64,000 bases of DNA from assembly GCA_963728205.1 (NCBI GenBank), contig CAVSIV010000006.1, forward strand, positions 1,216,001-1,280,000. The letters are read 5' to 3'. Below, piece after piece: positions 29,787-43,695 of this stretch (position 1 is the stretch's first letter; each line of letters starts with the position of its first letter). Source of the DNA: an uncultured Chloroflexia bacterium. GTDB taxonomy: Bacteria > Chloroflexota > Dehalococcoidia > UBA2979. Below the pieces are notes generated by a model, which was not told the origin of the DNA, searched no databases, and saw only the letters and a program-made list of their open reading frames with translations. Made by a program: the position numbers and the translations under genes.

Positions 29787-31085
29787 ATGAGCGACGTGAT
29801 CGGCATCTCGCTGCTCGGCGCGGGCAACGTCGGGTCCGGTGTCGTGGCCGCGCTTGCGCGCGGTCGCGAGCGCCACGCCGGCCACGTCGGCCGTCCGCTC
29901 GCGCTGCGGCGCGTGCTCGTGCGCGACCTCGCCCGCGACCGCGACGGCGTAGCCGCCGAGCAACTCACCACCGACCTCGACGCCGTCCTCGCGGACGCCG
30001 AGACGCGCATCGTCGTCGAGCTGATGGGCGGCGAGCAGCCGGCGTTTGACTACATCACGCGCACGCTCGCCTCGGGCCGCCACGTCGTCACCGCGAACAA
30101 GGAGGTGATGGCGAAGCGCGGCGCGGAGCTGCTCGCCACCGCCGACGCGCACGGCGTCCGCCTGCTCTACGAGGCCTCGGTCGGCGGTGGCATCCCGATC
30201 ATCAGCCCGCTGTCGCGCGACCTGCTCGCGAACGACATCACGTCGGTGACGGCGATCATCAACGGCACGACGAACTACATGCTCACGGCGATGACCGAGC
30301 AGGGCGCGGGGTACGACGCCGTGCTGGCCGAGGCCCAGCGCCTCGGCTACGCCGAGCCCGATCCGACCGCCGACGTCGAGGGCATCGACGCGGCCTACAA
30401 GCTCGCCATCCTCTGCGGTCTCGCGTTCCACGTGCAGGTCGTGCCCGAGGACGTGACGCGCCGCGGCATCACGCGGCTCACGGCCCGCGATTTCCTCTAC
30501 GCGCGCGAGCTCGGGTACACGATCAAGCTGCTCGCGAGCGGTCGACTGGTCGACGACCAGCTGGAGGCGACGGTCCAGCCGACGCTGGTCGCGTCCGGCG
30601 AGCCGCTCGCAAAGGTCGACGGCGTGCTCAACGCCATTCAGATCGAGGGCGATCTCGTCGGGCGCGTGGTCTTCGAGGGGCCGGGCGCCGGCCGCCTGCC
30701 GACGGCGAGCGCCGTGCTCGCCGACGTGCTCGACGTCGCACGAGACATCGTCGCCGGGCGCGTCGAGCGGCCGGAGCCGGGCCGCCGCGCGGTGCGTGTG
30801 CGCCCCGCGGACGAGCACCGGTCGCGCTTCTACATCCGCGTCACCGTCGTCGACCAGGCAGGGGTGCTCGCGCGCATCGCCGGCGCGCTCGGCGACAGCG
30901 ACGTCAGCATCGCGTCGGTCATCCAGTTCGAGACCGACCCCGACCAGGGCACCGCCGAGCTCGTGCTGACGACGCACCAGGCCGTGGGCGGACCGCTGCG
31001 ACGCGCGATCGAGCGCATTGAGCAGATGGACGTCGTGCCCGAGGTTCGCGCGGTGCTGCCGATGACGGGGCAGGGCGCGCGATGA
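29787..31085 (+). CDS. hom: Homoserine dehydrogenase with C-terminal ACT domain
   Basis: 'LLGAGNVG', 'VVTANK', 'YEASVGGGIP', 'GYAEPDPTADVEG', 'GPGAG..PTASAV'. Confidence 0.95.
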   Translation: MSDVIGISLLGAGNVGSGVVAALARGRERHAGHVGRPLALRRVLVRDLARDRDGVAAEQLTTDLDAVLADAETRIVVELMGGEQPAFDYITRTLASGRHVVTANKEVMAKRGAELLATADAHGVRLLYEASVGGGIPIISPLSRDLLANDITSVTAIINGTTNYMLTAMTEQGAGYDAVLAEAQRLGYAEPDPTADVEGIDAAYKLAILCGLAFHVQVVPEDVTRRGITRLTARDFLYARELGYTIKLLASGRLVDDQLEATVQPTLVASGEPLAKVDGVLNAIQIEGDLVGRVVFEGPGAGRLPTASAVLADVLDVARDIVAGRVERPEPGRRAVRVRPADEHRSRFYIRVTVVDQAGVLARIAGALGDSDVSIASVIQFETDPDQGTAELVLTTHQAVGGPLRRAIERIEQMDVVPEVRAVLPMTGQGAR

Positions 31086-32152
31086 CGACGCGCGGCCCGC
31101 AGCAGCCGGCCGGTGCCGCCGGGGGCGCGCCCACTGCCGCGGATCTCGCGGGAAGCTGGGTCGGTGACGAGCTGCAGCTCGCAACCGCCCGCGCGCAGGC
31201 GCTCGAGCGCGAGCTGGAGCACGTGCGCGCCGCGCTGGCGGCGCAGCAGGAGGAGGTCGCACGGCTGCAGGAGGTGCTCGCGACGGTCGATGGTCGCACG
31301 CGGCGGCACGAGGCCGGGCAGGATCTCGCGCGCGAGGTGAAGCAGGAGCTCGCCACGCTCCAGGAGCAGCTCGCGGCCGAGGCCTCCGTGCGGCGCGAGC
31401 TTGCCGCGCGGCTCGAGCGCACCACTGAGCGCGATCACGGCGACGAAGAGCGACTGCAGCGGGCGCTCGAGCTCGTCGTCCGCCGGCTCGATCGCTTCGA
31501 AGGCCGCCAGTCCGCGGTCGACGACCGGCAGCGCCACCTCGAGCTCGGCATCGCCGAGCGCGACCAGGGCGGCCAGGCGGCCGACGGTCGGCTCGACGCG
31601 CTCGAGCGCCGCGTCGACTCCGATCGCGAAGCCGTGCACCACGCCGCCGACGCGATCTCGCGGCTCGACGCCGCGCTGCCGGGTCTCGTGACCGGCATCG
31701 ACGAGTTGCGCCAGCGCCTGCAGGCCGTGCAGAACGACCAGCGCCGCCTCGACGACGACATCGCTTCGCTGCGCGCGGTGCGCGATCGCGAGGGCGACCT
31801 GCTCGAGGTGCTCGAGCAACAGCGTGCCACGCGCGCCCGGACGGAGGAGCGGTTGAACGCCGTCGAGGAGCAGATCGAGCAAGTCCGCCGCACGGTGGCG
31901 GACTCCGGAGACGAGCGCGCGCTGCTCGCGCGCTCGCAGTCCGGTGTGCAGGGGCAACTGCGCGGGCTGTCCGAGGAGCTCGAGGCGCTGCGCCTGCTCT
32001 TCGTCGCGCACTTCCGCCGCCAGCTGCAGGCGGACGAGCAGGCCGGCCGCCGGCGCATCGAAGAAGTCGAGCGCGAGGCCCGGATCGCGCGCGACCTGCT
32101 CGTGCGGCTGAGCGAGCAGAGCGACGAGCTGCGCGGGGGGCAGCCGCTGTGA
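31082..32152 (+). CDS. All-helical coiled-coil protein of unknown function
   Basis: Continuous E/Q/R/L/A heptad pattern over about 330 aa; start and stop overlap hom (ATGA) and thrC (GTGA). Confidence 0.75.
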   Translation: MTTRGPQQPAGAAGGAPTAADLAGSWVGDELQLATARAQALERELEHVRAALAAQQEEVARLQEVLATVDGRTRRHEAGQDLAREVKQELATLQEQLAAEASVRRELAARLERTTERDHGDEERLQRALELVVRRLDRFEGRQSAVDDRQRHLELGIAERDQGGQAADGRLDALERRVDSDREAVHHAADAISRLDAALPGLVTGIDELRQRLQAVQNDQRRLDDDIASLRAVRDREGDLLEVLEQQRATRARTEERLNAVEEQIEQVRRTVADSGDERALLARSQSGVQGQLRGLSEELEALRLLFVAHFRRQLQADEQAGRRRIEEVEREARIARDLLVRLSEQSDELRGGQPL

Positions 32153-33228
32153 CCGCCGAGCGGTCCGCCACCGGCGCCATGCCCACGCGCTTCATCCTCG
32201 AGCGCTACCGCGAGTTCCTCCCGATCACCGACGCCACGCCGATGGTCACGCTCGGCGAAGGCGGCACGCCGCTCGTGCGCATGCCGCGCCTCGAGCGCGA
32301 GGCCGGCGTCGGCACCGTCTATCTGAAGCTCGAGTCGACGAACCCGACCGGGTCGTTCAAGGACCGCGGCATGGTGATGGCCGTCGCGAAGGCCGTCGAG
32401 GCCGGCGCGCGGGCCGTGATCTGCGCGTCGACGGGGAACACCTCCGCCTCCGCCGCCGCGTACGCGGCGCGTCACGGGCTGCGCGCCTATGTCGTCGTGC
32501 CCGCGGGGCGCATCGCGATGGGCAAGCTCGCGCAGGCGGTCGTTCACGGTGCCGAGATCGTCTCGATCGACGGCTCGTTCGACGACGCCCTGCGCATCGT
32601 GCGCGAGCTCGCGGAGCGCCACGAGGTGGCGCTGGTGAACTCCGTGAACCCGCATCGCATCGAAGGCCAGAAGACGGCCGCGTTCGAGATCGTCGACGAG
32701 CTCGGCGACGCGCCCGATGTGCTGTGCATCCCGGTCGGCAACGCGGGCAACATCACCGCGTACTGGCGCGGATTCGGCGAGTACTACCACCGGGAGCGCG
32801 CCTCGCGGCTGCCGCGCATGTGGGGGTTCCAGGCCGCGGGCGCCGCGCCGCTGGTGCTCGGCGCGCCCGTCGCGAAGCCCGAGACGATTGCGACGGCAAT
32901 CCGCATCGGCAACCCGGCCTCGTGGCAGGGCGCCGTCGACGCGCGCGACGCCTCGGGCGGCGCGATCGAAGCCGTCACGGACGACGAGATCCTGTCGGCC
33001 TACCGCCGACTTGCGAGCGAGGGCGTGTTCTGCGAGCCGGCCTCGGCGGCGTCCGTCGCGGGGCTTCTCAAGCGCGCCGCCGGGGCCGACCTCTCGGAGC
33101 AGACGGCGGTCTGCGTGATCACCGGCAGTGGGCTCAAGGATCCAGACACGGCGCTCGGCGTCGAGGCGGTGCGGCACGACGCGAAGGCCGACGTCGCGGA
33201 CGTGGCGCGGGCGCTCGGCTGGGCTTGA
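32149..33228 (+). CDS. thrC: Threonine synthase
   Basis: '[11 protein letters not shown]', '[14 protein letters not shown]', 'PVGNAGNI', 'FCEPASAA', 'TGSGLKDP'. Confidence 0.96.
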   Translation: MTAERSATGAMPTRFILERYREFLPITDATPMVTLGEGGTPLVRMPRLEREAGVGTVYLKLESTNPTGSFKDRGMVMAVAKAVEAGARAVICASTGNTSASAAAYAARHGLRAYVVVPAGRIAMGKLAQAVVHGAEIVSIDGSFDDALRIVRELAERHEVALVNSVNPHRIEGQKTAAFEIVDELGDAPDVLCIPVGNAGNITAYWRGFGEYYHRERASRLPRMWGFQAAGAAPLVLGAPVAKPETIATAIRIGNPASWQGAVDARDASGGAIEAVTDDEILSAYRRLASEGVFCEPASAASVAGLLKRAAGADLSEQTAVCVITGSGLKDPDTALGVEAVRHDAKADVADVARALGWA

Positions 33229-33345
33229 ACGCGGTGCGCGCGAGCCCGGTCGGCCGGGCCCCGCGTGCTAGCATGATGTGTCGTTGCACCAGAACTCCTA
33301 CAGCGTGGTACGAAATACCGGCTCCCACCGAGGGCGGGTAAAGGC

Positions 33346-33948
33346 ATGAGCGCGATGACCAGCGTCGACAGTCCGAACGGGCGCTTCGACCCGACCGATC
33401 CCGCGTTGCTCGAGACGATCCGCACCATGATCCGGCTGGTGGGCGAGGACCCCGATCGCGAGGGGCTGCTCGAGACGCCGCGCCGCATCGCCGCGATGTA
33501 CGCAGAGCTCTTCGAGGGACTTCACCTCGACCCGGTCGCGGCTCTCTCGGTTGGGTTCGAAGAGGGTCACGACGAGATGGTGATCCTCCGCGACATCCCG
33601 TTCCATTCGATGTGCGAGCACCACTTCCTGCCGTTCCACGGCAAGGCGCACGTGGGGTACCTGCCGGACGGCCGCATCGTCGGCCTCTCGAAGATTGCGC
33701 GGGCCGTCGAGATCTTCGCGCGCCGACCGCAGGTGCAGGAGCGGCTCACGACGCAGATCTCCGAGTGCATCGACTCGGTGCTGCACGCGCGCGGCGTGGC
33801 GGTGGTGATCGAGGCGGAGCACCTCTGCATGACGGCGCGCGGCATCCGCAAGCCGGGAGCCGTGATGGTGACGTCGTCGATGCGCGGAGCGTTTCGCGAC
33901 GACGTGAACACGCGCCAGGAGTTCCTGCAGCTGATCGGGCAGGGGTGA
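33346..33948 (+). CDS. folE: GTP cyclohydrolase I
   Basis: '[10 protein letters not shown]', '[10 protein letters not shown]', 'GLSK', 'RPQVQERLT', 'HLCMTARG'. Confidence 0.97.
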   Translation: MSAMTSVDSPNGRFDPTDPALLETIRTMIRLVGEDPDREGLLETPRRIAAMYAELFEGLHLDPVAALSVGFEEGHDEMVILRDIPFHSMCEHHFLPFHGKAHVGYLPDGRIVGLSKIARAVEIFARRPQVQERLTTQISECIDSVLHARGVAVVIEAEHLCMTARGIRKPGAVMVTSSMRGAFRDDVNTRQEFLQLIGQG

Positions 33949-35249
33949 GCGCGGTGCACCCCGCCGCCGACGCGGCCCCGCGCCGCCGCGGCGCTGCCGC
34001 GCCGCCGGCGCGCGTCGCCATGCTCTCGTACCACACGTCGCCACTCGCGCCCCTCGGCGGCAACGAGACGGGTGGCATGAACGTCTACGTGCGGGCGGTC
34101 GCCGAGCGGCTCGGGGCGATGGGTGCGCAGGTCGACGTCTTCACGCGGCGCGACGACGCCGGCGCGCCGGCGGTGGTGGCGTTCGCGCCGGGGGCGCGGC
34201 TCGTGCACGTCGACGCGGGCCCGGCCCGGCGCGTCGACAAGAACGCGCTGCCCGCGCACGTCGCCGCGTTCGCCGCCGGCGTGCAGGCGTTCGCCGCCGG
34301 CGGCGGGCGTGCGTACGACGTCGTGCACTCGCACTACTGGCTCTCGACGCTCGCCGGCGAGCGGCTGGCGGCGGCCTGGGATGTGCCGCACGTGACGATG
34401 TTTCACACCCTCGCGGAGGTGAAGCTCCGCGCCCGCGCGTCCGAGCACGAGGCGCCGGAGCGACTCGAGGCGGAACGCCGGCTGATGCACGGGGTCGATC
34501 GCATCGTCGCCGCCACGGATCACGAGCGGCGCGTGCTGCGCCAGATCTACCGCGTGCCGCCGCAGCGGATCGGCGTCGTCCCGCTGGGGGTTGACCTCGA
34601 ACGCTTTCAGCCGCGCGACCGCGCCGCGGCGCGGCGCGCGCTCGGCATCGACCCGCGGGAGCGCATCCTGCTGGCGGTCGGTCGCATCCAGCCACTGAAG
34701 GGGCTCGACATCCTCGTGCGCGCCCTGAGCGAGCTCACCGACCGAACGGGTGTGCGCCTGCTCATCGTCGGCGGCGACCACCAGGCCGCGGCGGAGATCG
34801 CGCGGCTCGAGGCGATCGCCGGTGAGGTCGGCGTTGCGGACGCCGTGCGCTTTGTCGGGCCGGTCGCGCACGAAGCGCTCGCTGGCTATTACAACGCCGC
34901 CGACGTCGTGGTGGTGCCGTCGTTCTACGAGTCCTTCGGGCTTGTCGCCGTGGAGGCGATGGCGTCAGGGGTGCCCGTGGTCGCCTCGCGCGTCGGCGGG
35001 CTGCCGTCGACGGTGGCGGACGGGCGCACGGGCTACCTCATCCCCTGGCGCTGCCCCGAACCGTTCGCGGAGAAGATCGAGCTGCTGCTGCGCAACGAGC
35101 CGCTGCGCGCGGCGCTCGGCGCCGCGGGGGTCGCGCGCATGCGCGACTACTCGTGGGACGCCGTCGCGGAGGGGCTGTGTCTGCTCTACCGCGACGTGAT
35201 CGATGCCCGCCGCCACGCGCAGACGGTGCACGTCGCCGGCGGAGGGTAG
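33945..35249 (+). CDS. mshA: MshA-like GT4 glycosyltransferase
   Basis: 'HTSPL...GGMNVYV', 'HSHYWLS', 'FHTL', 'GRIQPLKG', '[11 protein letters not shown]'; GTG overlaps the folE stop. Confidence 0.75.
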   Translation: MSAVHPAADAAPRRRGAAAPPARVAMLSYHTSPLAPLGGNETGGMNVYVRAVAERLGAMGAQVDVFTRRDDAGAPAVVAFAPGARLVHVDAGPARRVDKNALPAHVAAFAAGVQAFAAGGGRAYDVVHSHYWLSTLAGERLAAAWDVPHVTMFHTLAEVKLRARASEHEAPERLEAERRLMHGVDRIVAATDHERRVLRQIYRVPPQRIGVVPLGVDLERFQPRDRAAARRALGIDPRERILLAVGRIQPLKGLDILVRALSELTDRTGVRLLIVGGDHQAAAEIARLEAIAGEVGVADAVRFVGPVAHEALAGYYNAADVVVVPSFYESFGLVAVEAMASGVPVVASRVGGLPSTVADGRTGYLIPWRCPEPFAEKIELLLRNEPLRAALGAAGVARMRDYSWDAVAEGLCLLYRDVIDARRHAQTVHVAGGG

Positions 35250-35259
35250 ACTCGCGCGC

Positions 35260-36093
35260 ATGCCGACCCGACGCACGACGACCCGCCCGCGCACCGGCGC
35301 CGCCATCCGCCGCCCGCCGCAGACGCGGGTCAACGCCGACACCATCGACGAGCAGGCCGACCTGATCGAGCAGCTCGCGCTCCACGTGCCGAAGCGGGCG
35401 ATGGTCGTGATGGCGCACCCCGACGACACGGAGTTCTCGTGCGGTGGGACCGTCTCCACGCTCTGCCGTGACGGCTGGGACGTGCAGATCGTCGTCACGA
35501 CGAGCGGCAACAAGGGCACGAAGGATCCCGAGGTGACGGGCCAGTTCCTCGCCGGCGTGCGCGAGGAGGAGCAGCGCCGCGCCGCAGAGGTGATGGGTGC
35601 CCGCGAACCGGTCTTCTTCGGTTTCCCGGATGGGTACATCCGCAACGACGACGAGCTGCGCGGGCTGATCGTGCGCCAGATTCGGCTGCACCGCCCGGAG
35701 CTCGTGATCACGTGGGACGGGTTCCGGCCGGGGTTCAATCACAGCGACCACCGGCTCACCGGGCAGGCGACCTACGACGCGATCTACCCGGCCGCCGACG
35801 ACCACCTCTATTACCCGCTCGACAAGGAGGAGGGCCTCGCGCCGCACCGGCCGCTCGCGTTGCTGCTCGCGGGGACGAACGACCCGGACTACGTGGTGGA
35901 CATCGAGCCGGTGCTCGAGACGAAGGTGCGTGCCGTGCTCGCGCACACCTCGCAGATGGGTGGGCGCTCCGAGGAGCAGCTGCTGGGAATGTGGCGGGAG
36001 CGCGCAGAACGCGAGCGCGCGGTGTCCGCCGACGAGCAGCCGTTGCAGCCGATCTTCCGCGAATCGTTCAGGAAGGTCCTGCTCCGGCGCTGA
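35260..36093 (+). CDS. PIG-L family deacetylase (MshB/Mca/BshB-like)
   Basis: 'AHPDD', 'REEEQRRAAEVMG', 'FPDG', 'HSDH'; TAGACT -10-like hexamer 7 nt before ATG (possibly leaderless). Confidence 0.88.
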   Translation: MPTRRTTTRPRTGAAIRRPPQTRVNADTIDEQADLIEQLALHVPKRAMVVMAHPDDTEFSCGGTVSTLCRDGWDVQIVVTTSGNKGTKDPEVTGQFLAGVREEEQRRAAEVMGAREPVFFGFPDGYIRNDDELRGLIVRQIRLHRPELVITWDGFRPGFNHSDHRLTGQATYDAIYPAADDHLYYPLDKEEGLAPHRPLALLLAGTNDPDYVVDIEPVLETKVRAVLAHTSQMGGRSEEQLLGMWRERAERERAVSADEQPLQPIFRESFRKVLLRR

Positions 36094-36145
36094 CTCGGGC
36101 GCGGCTCTGGGCCCGGGCGCAGGGCCGGCCGCCTCCCGGCACGCG

Positions 36146-36174
36146 TTGACACTGAACCCGTGCGGGGTCAAAAT
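36146..36174 (+). promoter_or_regulatory. Sigma70 promoter of the str/S10 supercluster
   Basis: TTGACA (36146-36151), 17-nt spacer, CAAAAT (36169-36174). Confidence 0.65.
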
Positions 36175-36181
36175 CATATTT

Positions 36182-36322
36182 CGCGCCTCTGAGAGCGCGT
36201 GGCAGCATCCACGACCACGGTCGGTTGGCCGGATCGCGGTGAGGACCGGCGACACCAAGCGCGCTTCGGCGCGCCGTCGCGGCCCAGGCTCATCGCCAAG
36301 CCATTCGGCCGTTCATGTTGCC
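36182..36322 (+). ncRNA. Candidate structured RNA leader upstream of rpsL
   Basis: Five nested helices closed by a cUUCGg tetraloop (pairings listed in findings). Confidence 0.5.
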
Positions 36323-36387
36323 TTCTGACAGGTTGCACGGACCGCGGTGGCTTACCGGGGTCTGGAGCAGGGAAGCAAGGAATCGGC

Positions 36388-36801
36388 GTGCCGACGATCA
36401 ATCAGCTCGTACGCAGCGCGCGCAAGCCGGTGCGCCAGAAGACGAAGGCGCCGGCGCTGCGCTTCCGGCTGAACACGTTGAAGAACCGCATGGTGCGCTC
36501 GCCGAAAGGTTCGCCCCAGAAGCGCGGCGTCTGCACCCAGGTGCGCACCGTCACGCCGAAGAAGCCGAACTCGGCGCTGCGCAAGGTCGCGCGCGTGCGG
36601 CTCTCGAACGGCATCGAGGTCACCGCGTACATCCCGGGCGAGGGTCACACGCTGCAGGAGCACTCCGTGGTGCTGATCCGCGGCGGTCGTGTGAAGGACC
36701 TCCCGGGCGTGCGCTACCACATCATCCGGGGCGCGCTCGACGCGCAGGGCGTGAACGGGCGCAAGCGCGGACGCTCCAAGTACGGCACGCGGAAGTCCTG
36801 A
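36388..36801 (+). CDS. rpsL: 30S ribosomal protein uS12
   Basis: 'PTINQLVR', '[11 protein letters not shown]', '[11 protein letters not shown]'. Confidence 0.98.
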   Translation: MPTINQLVRSARKPVRQKTKAPALRFRLNTLKNRMVRSPKGSPQKRGVCTQVRTVTPKKPNSALRKVARVRLSNGIEVTAYIPGEGHTLQEHSVVLIRGGRVKDLPGVRYHIIRGALDAQGVNGRKRGRSKYGTRKS

Positions 36802-36802
36802 C

Positions 36803-37270
36803 ATGCGACGCAACAAAGCTCCCCTCCGCCCGACCGAGCCCGACCCGCGCTACCAGTCGCGCGTGCTCAGCAAGTTCATGAACAAGCTGATGCTCAGCGG
36901 CAAGAAGAGCACGGCCGAGGGCATCGTGTACGACGCACTGGACCGCATCGAGGGCCAGAGCGGGCGCCGCGGCATCGACGTGTTCGAGCAGGCCGTGCGC
37001 AACATCATGCCGATCATCGAGGTCAAGCCGCGCCGCGTCGGCGGTGCGACGTACCAGGTGCCGGTGGACATCCGCAGCGAGCGCCGTCAGGCGCTGGCGC
37101 TGCGCTGGCTGCTGGCCGCCGCGCGTTCCCGTTCCGGGCGCTCGATGGCCGAGAAGCTCACCGCTGAGCTGCTGGACGCCGCCAACAACGCCGGCAACGC
37201 CGTTCGTCGCAAGGAAGAGACGCACCGGATGGCCGAGGCCAACCGGGCGTTTGTGCACTACCGCTGGTAA
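36803..37270 (+). CDS. rpsG: 30S ribosomal protein uS7
   Basis: '[11 protein letters not shown]', '[15 protein letters not shown]'. Confidence 0.98.
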   Translation: MRRNKAPLRPTEPDPRYQSRVLSKFMNKLMLSGKKSTAEGIVYDALDRIEGQSGRRGIDVFEQAVRNIMPIIEVKPRRVGGATYQVPVDIRSERRQALALRWLLAAARSRSGRSMAEKLTAELLDAANNAGNAVRRKEETHRMAEANRAFVHYRW

Positions 37271-37351
37271 CCGCGCGCCCACGACCGCCCCGCCTGCGCG
37301 GGGCGGCTCGGTGTGTGGCGCCGTCCCCAGCAGAACAGGTTTAGAGGAAGC

Positions 37352-39448
<2,097 letters not shown>

Positions 39449-39474
39449 CAGCGACCAGGTAGGAGACACCGAAC

Positions 39475-40674
<1,200 letters not shown>

Positions 40675-40700
40675 TTGAGTCCGGGCAAGAGGGACCGCAA

Positions 40701-41009
40701 GTGCCGCAGCAACGCATCCGGATCAAGTTGAAAGCGTTCGACCATCGCGTGCTCGACGCCTCGGCGAAGCAGATCGTCGAGTCCGCGGAGCGCACCGGGG
40801 CGGTCGTCGCCGGGCCGGTGCCCCTCCCGACGCGCATTCGGAAGTACACGGTGATTCGCTCGCCGTTCATCGACAAGGACTCGCGGGACCAGTTCGAGAC
40901 CCGCACCCACAAACGATTGATCGACATCATGGAGCCGACGTCTCGCACAGTGGACACGCTGATGCGGCTGCAGCTTCCTTCCGGTGTCGACATCGAGATC
41001 AAGCTGTAG
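40701..41009 (+). CDS. rpsJ: 30S ribosomal protein uS10
   Basis: 'RIKLKAFDH', 'GPVPLPT', 'THKRLID'. Confidence 0.98.
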   Translation: MPQQRIRIKLKAFDHRVLDASAKQIVESAERTGAVVAGPVPLPTRIRKYTVIRSPFIDKDSRDQFETRTHKRLIDIMEPTSRTVDTLMRLQLPSGVDIEIKL

Positions 41010-41019
41010 GGACCGCTCG

Positions 41020-41853
41020 ATGGCCATCGGCATGATCGGACGCAAAGTCGGGATGATGCGCCTCTATGACGGCGCCGGGCGTGCGCGCGGCGTGAGCGTC
41101 ATTGAGCTCGGCCCGAACACGGTCACGCAGCTCCGCACGCCGGAGCGCGATGGCTACACCGCGGTGCAGGTCGGGTTCGACGGCAACCGCAAGCGCTTGA
41201 ACCGCCCCGAGCGCGGCCACCTCCGACGCGCCGGCGTCGAGCAGGTTGCGCTGGACGAGCTGCACGAGTTCCGTCTCGCCGAACCCGGCGCGTACGAGCT
41301 CGGTCAGCAGCTCACCGTGGACCTGTTCCAGCCCGGGCAGTTCGTGAACGTGCGCGGCACCTCCAAGGGGCGCGGGTTCGCGGGCGGCGTGCGGCGGTGG
41401 AACTTCCACGGCGGGCCGAAGACGCATGGCCAGTCGGACCGCCACCGGGCGCCGGGCTCGGTGGGCGCCGGCACGACGCCGGGCCGCGTGTTCAAGGGCC
41501 AGCACATGGCCGGCCACATGGGCGCGGAGGCGGCGACGCAGACCAACCTGCTCGTGGTCCTGAGCGACCCGAGTCGCAACCTGCTGTTCGTCGAGGGCTC
41601 GGTGCCGGGCGCGAACGGCGGCATCGTGATCGTGGTCCCGGGCCGCCGCAAGGCGCTCGCGGACTTCCAGCCGCCGGAGCTGCCGGGCGGCGTCGAGGAG
41701 ATCGAGGAGCCGGTCGCCGAGGCGCCCGCGGCCGACGAGGCCGAGGAGGCTGCGCCGCCGGCCGAGACGGTGGAGGCCGCCGAGACGGCCGAAACCGCTG
41801 AGTCTGGCGAGGCGGCGCCGGCCGAGGGCGAGAAGAGCGAGGCGGGCGAATGA
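41020..41853 (+). CDS. rplC: 50S ribosomal protein uL3 with acidic tail
   Basis: 'GRKVGM', 'DGYTAVQ', 'SKGRGFAG', 'HRAPGSVG', 'GHMG'. Confidence 0.97.
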   Translation: MAIGMIGRKVGMMRLYDGAGRARGVSVIELGPNTVTQLRTPERDGYTAVQVGFDGNRKRLNRPERGHLRRAGVEQVALDELHEFRLAEPGAYELGQQLTVDLFQPGQFVNVRGTSKGRGFAGGVRRWNFHGGPKTHGQSDRHRAPGSVGAGTTPGRVFKGQHMAGHMGAEAATQTNLLVVLSDPSRNLLFVEGSVPGANGGIVIVVPGRRKALADFQPPELPGGVEEIEEPVAEAPAADEAEEAAPPAETVEAAETAETAESGEAAPAEGEKSEAGE

Positions 41854-42545
41854 AGCTGCAGGTGATCGGGCCCAGCGGCCAGCCCGCCGACAGCATCGAC
41901 GTCGACGACGCGGTGTTCGGCATCGAGCCGAACGAGCCGGTCGTGCACCAGGCGCTGGTGGCGCAGCTCGCCGCGCGGCGAGCCGGCACGGCGCGCACGA
42001 AGACGCGCGGCCAGGTAGCGGGATCGACCAGGAAGATCCGTCGCCAGAAGGGGCTCGGCATGGCGCGCCAGGGCGCGATCCGGGCGCCGCAGCACCGCGG
42101 CGGCGGCATCGTGTTCGGCCCGTCGCCGCGGTCGTACGTGCAGCGGCTCCCCAAGCGCATGCGTCGGCTCGCGATCCGCTCCGTGCTCTCGTCGCGTGCG
42201 CGCGACGAGCGGCTGGTGGTGTTGAGCGACGTCGGGCTCGACGCGCCGTCGACGAAGGGGCTGCGGGCGCTGCTCGCGGCCGCCGGCGTCGAGCAGTCGG
42301 CGCTGCTGGTGCTCGGCGGGGCCGACCGCAACGCGCTGCTCTCGGCGCGCAACCTGGATGGGACGCGGGCGCTGCCGGCCGACACCCTGAACGTGGCCGA
42401 CATGCTCGCGCACCGCACGCTGGTGATGACGGTGGACGCGGTGCGCCGCGCCGAGGCGCTGTGGGGCGGTGAGCGTGCCGCCGGCCGCAACGCGCCGGCG
42501 GCGGCTGCGGGCGCGGCCGGGACGTCATCGGGGATGGAGGCGTAG
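41850..42545 (+). CDS. rplD: 50S ribosomal protein uL4
   Basis: 'TKTRGQV', 'RQKGLGMARQG', 'GGGIVFGP'. Confidence 0.97.
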   Translation: MKLQVIGPSGQPADSIDVDDAVFGIEPNEPVVHQALVAQLAARRAGTARTKTRGQVAGSTRKIRRQKGLGMARQGAIRAPQHRGGGIVFGPSPRSYVQRLPKRMRRLAIRSVLSSRARDERLVVLSDVGLDAPSTKGLRALLAAAGVEQSALLVLGGADRNALLSARNLDGTRALPADTLNVADMLAHRTLVMTVDAVRRAEALWGGERAAGRNAPAAAAGAAGTSSGMEA

Positions 42546-42547
42546 CG

Positions 42548-42850
42548 ATGCCGAAGGCGATCCACGTCTACAACGTGCTGCGCCGCCCGATCGTCACGGA
42601 GAAGAGCACGATGCTCGCCGGTCACGGCAAGTACGTGTTCGAGGTGGCGCGTGACGCCAACAAGCCGCAGATCAAGGACGCCGTCGAGAAGGCGTTCAAC
42701 GTCAGCGTGACCGCGGTGAACACGACGCTCATGCGCGGTCGCCGCAAGCGCAACCGCTACGGGCGTGCGACGGGCGAGGCGCCGACCTGGAAGAAGGCGA
42801 TCGTCACGCTCAAGTCCGGTGATCAGATCGAGCTGTTCGAAGGCATTTAG
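42548..42850 (+). CDS. rplW: 50S ribosomal protein uL23
   Basis: 'PIVTEKS', 'ANKPQIK', 'WKKAIVTL'. Confidence 0.97.
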   Translation: MPKAIHVYNVLRRPIVTEKSTMLAGHGKYVFEVARDANKPQIKDAVEKAFNVSVTAVNTTLMRGRRKRNRYGRATGEAPTWKKAIVTLKSGDQIELFEGI

Positions 42851-42858
42851 GGACCGCC

Positions 42859-43692
42859 ATGCCGATCAAGACTTTCAGGCCGACGTCACCCGGGCGCCGC
42901 AACGCCTCCGGCCACAGCTTCGACGAGATCACGAAGAAGCGCGCCGAGAAGGCGCTGCTCGTCTCGAAGAAGAACAACGCCGGGCGCAGCGGCGGCAAGA
43001 TCGCCGTGCGCCACCGCGGCGGCGGTCCCAAGCGGCGCGTCCGCATCGTGGACTTCAAGCGCGACAAGCTCGGCGTCCCGGGCCGCGTCGCGGCCATCGA
43101 GTACGACCCCGGACGCACCGCGCGGCTGGCGCTGATCTTCTACGTCGACGGCGAGAAGCGGTACGTGGTTGCGCCGGACGCGCTGAAGGTCGGCGACACG
43201 ATTCTCTCGGCCGATAACGCGCCGATCGCGCCGGGGAACACGCTGCCGCTGTCGGCGATTCCGACCGGCACGGCGATTCACAACGTGGAGCTACAGCCCG
43301 GCAAGGGTGGCCAGCTCGGTCGCTCGGCCGGCACGGCGATCCAGCTGATGGCGCGCGACCAGGGCTACGCCCTGCTGCGCATGCCGTCCGGCGAGATGCG
43401 CCAGGTGCTCGAGAGCTGTCGCGCGACGATTGGGGTCGTGGGCAACTCGGAGCACGCGCAGGTCAAGCTCGGCAAGGCCGGACGCACGCGGCACCGGCGA
43501 CGCCGTCCGCAGGTGCGCGGCTCGGTGATGAACCCGGTCGACCACCCGCACGGCGGTGGCGAGGGCAAGTCGCCCGTCGGCATGCCCGGCCCGAAGACGC
43601 CGTGGGGCAAGCCGGCGCTCGGCTACCGGACGCGAAACAACAAGCGCACCGACAAGTACATCGTCCGGCGGCGCGGCAAGGGCCGGAGGTAA
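42859..43692 (+). CDS. rplB: 50S ribosomal protein uL2
   Basis: 'IEYDPGR', '[18 protein letters not shown]'. Confidence 0.98.
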   Translation: MPIKTFRPTSPGRRNASGHSFDEITKKRAEKALLVSKKNNAGRSGGKIAVRHRGGGPKRRVRIVDFKRDKLGVPGRVAAIEYDPGRTARLALIFYVDGEKRYVVAPDALKVGDTILSADNAPIAPGNTLPLSAIPTGTAIHNVELQPGKGGQLGRSAGTAIQLMARDQGYALLRMPSGEMRQVLESCRATIGVVGNSEHAQVKLGKAGRTRHRRRRPQVRGSVMNPVDHPHGGGEGKSPVGMPGPKTPWGKPALGYRTRNNKRTDKYIVRRRGKGRR

Positions 43693-43695
43693 TCG

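Noticed and set aside
33273-33341. Small [25 protein letters not shown] before folE
   Set aside because: It has no RBS, its ATG overlaps the putative -10, and it has atypical A/T-ending codons. It is better explained as a non-coding leader.
36199-36387. N-terminally extended S12 (200 aa) and other upstream-extended ORF-track starts (yqeY, lgt, rplV, adk, rplM, PGI/PMI)
   Set aside because: Conserved N-termini and RBS positions indicate later starts. The extensions are open only because of high GC.
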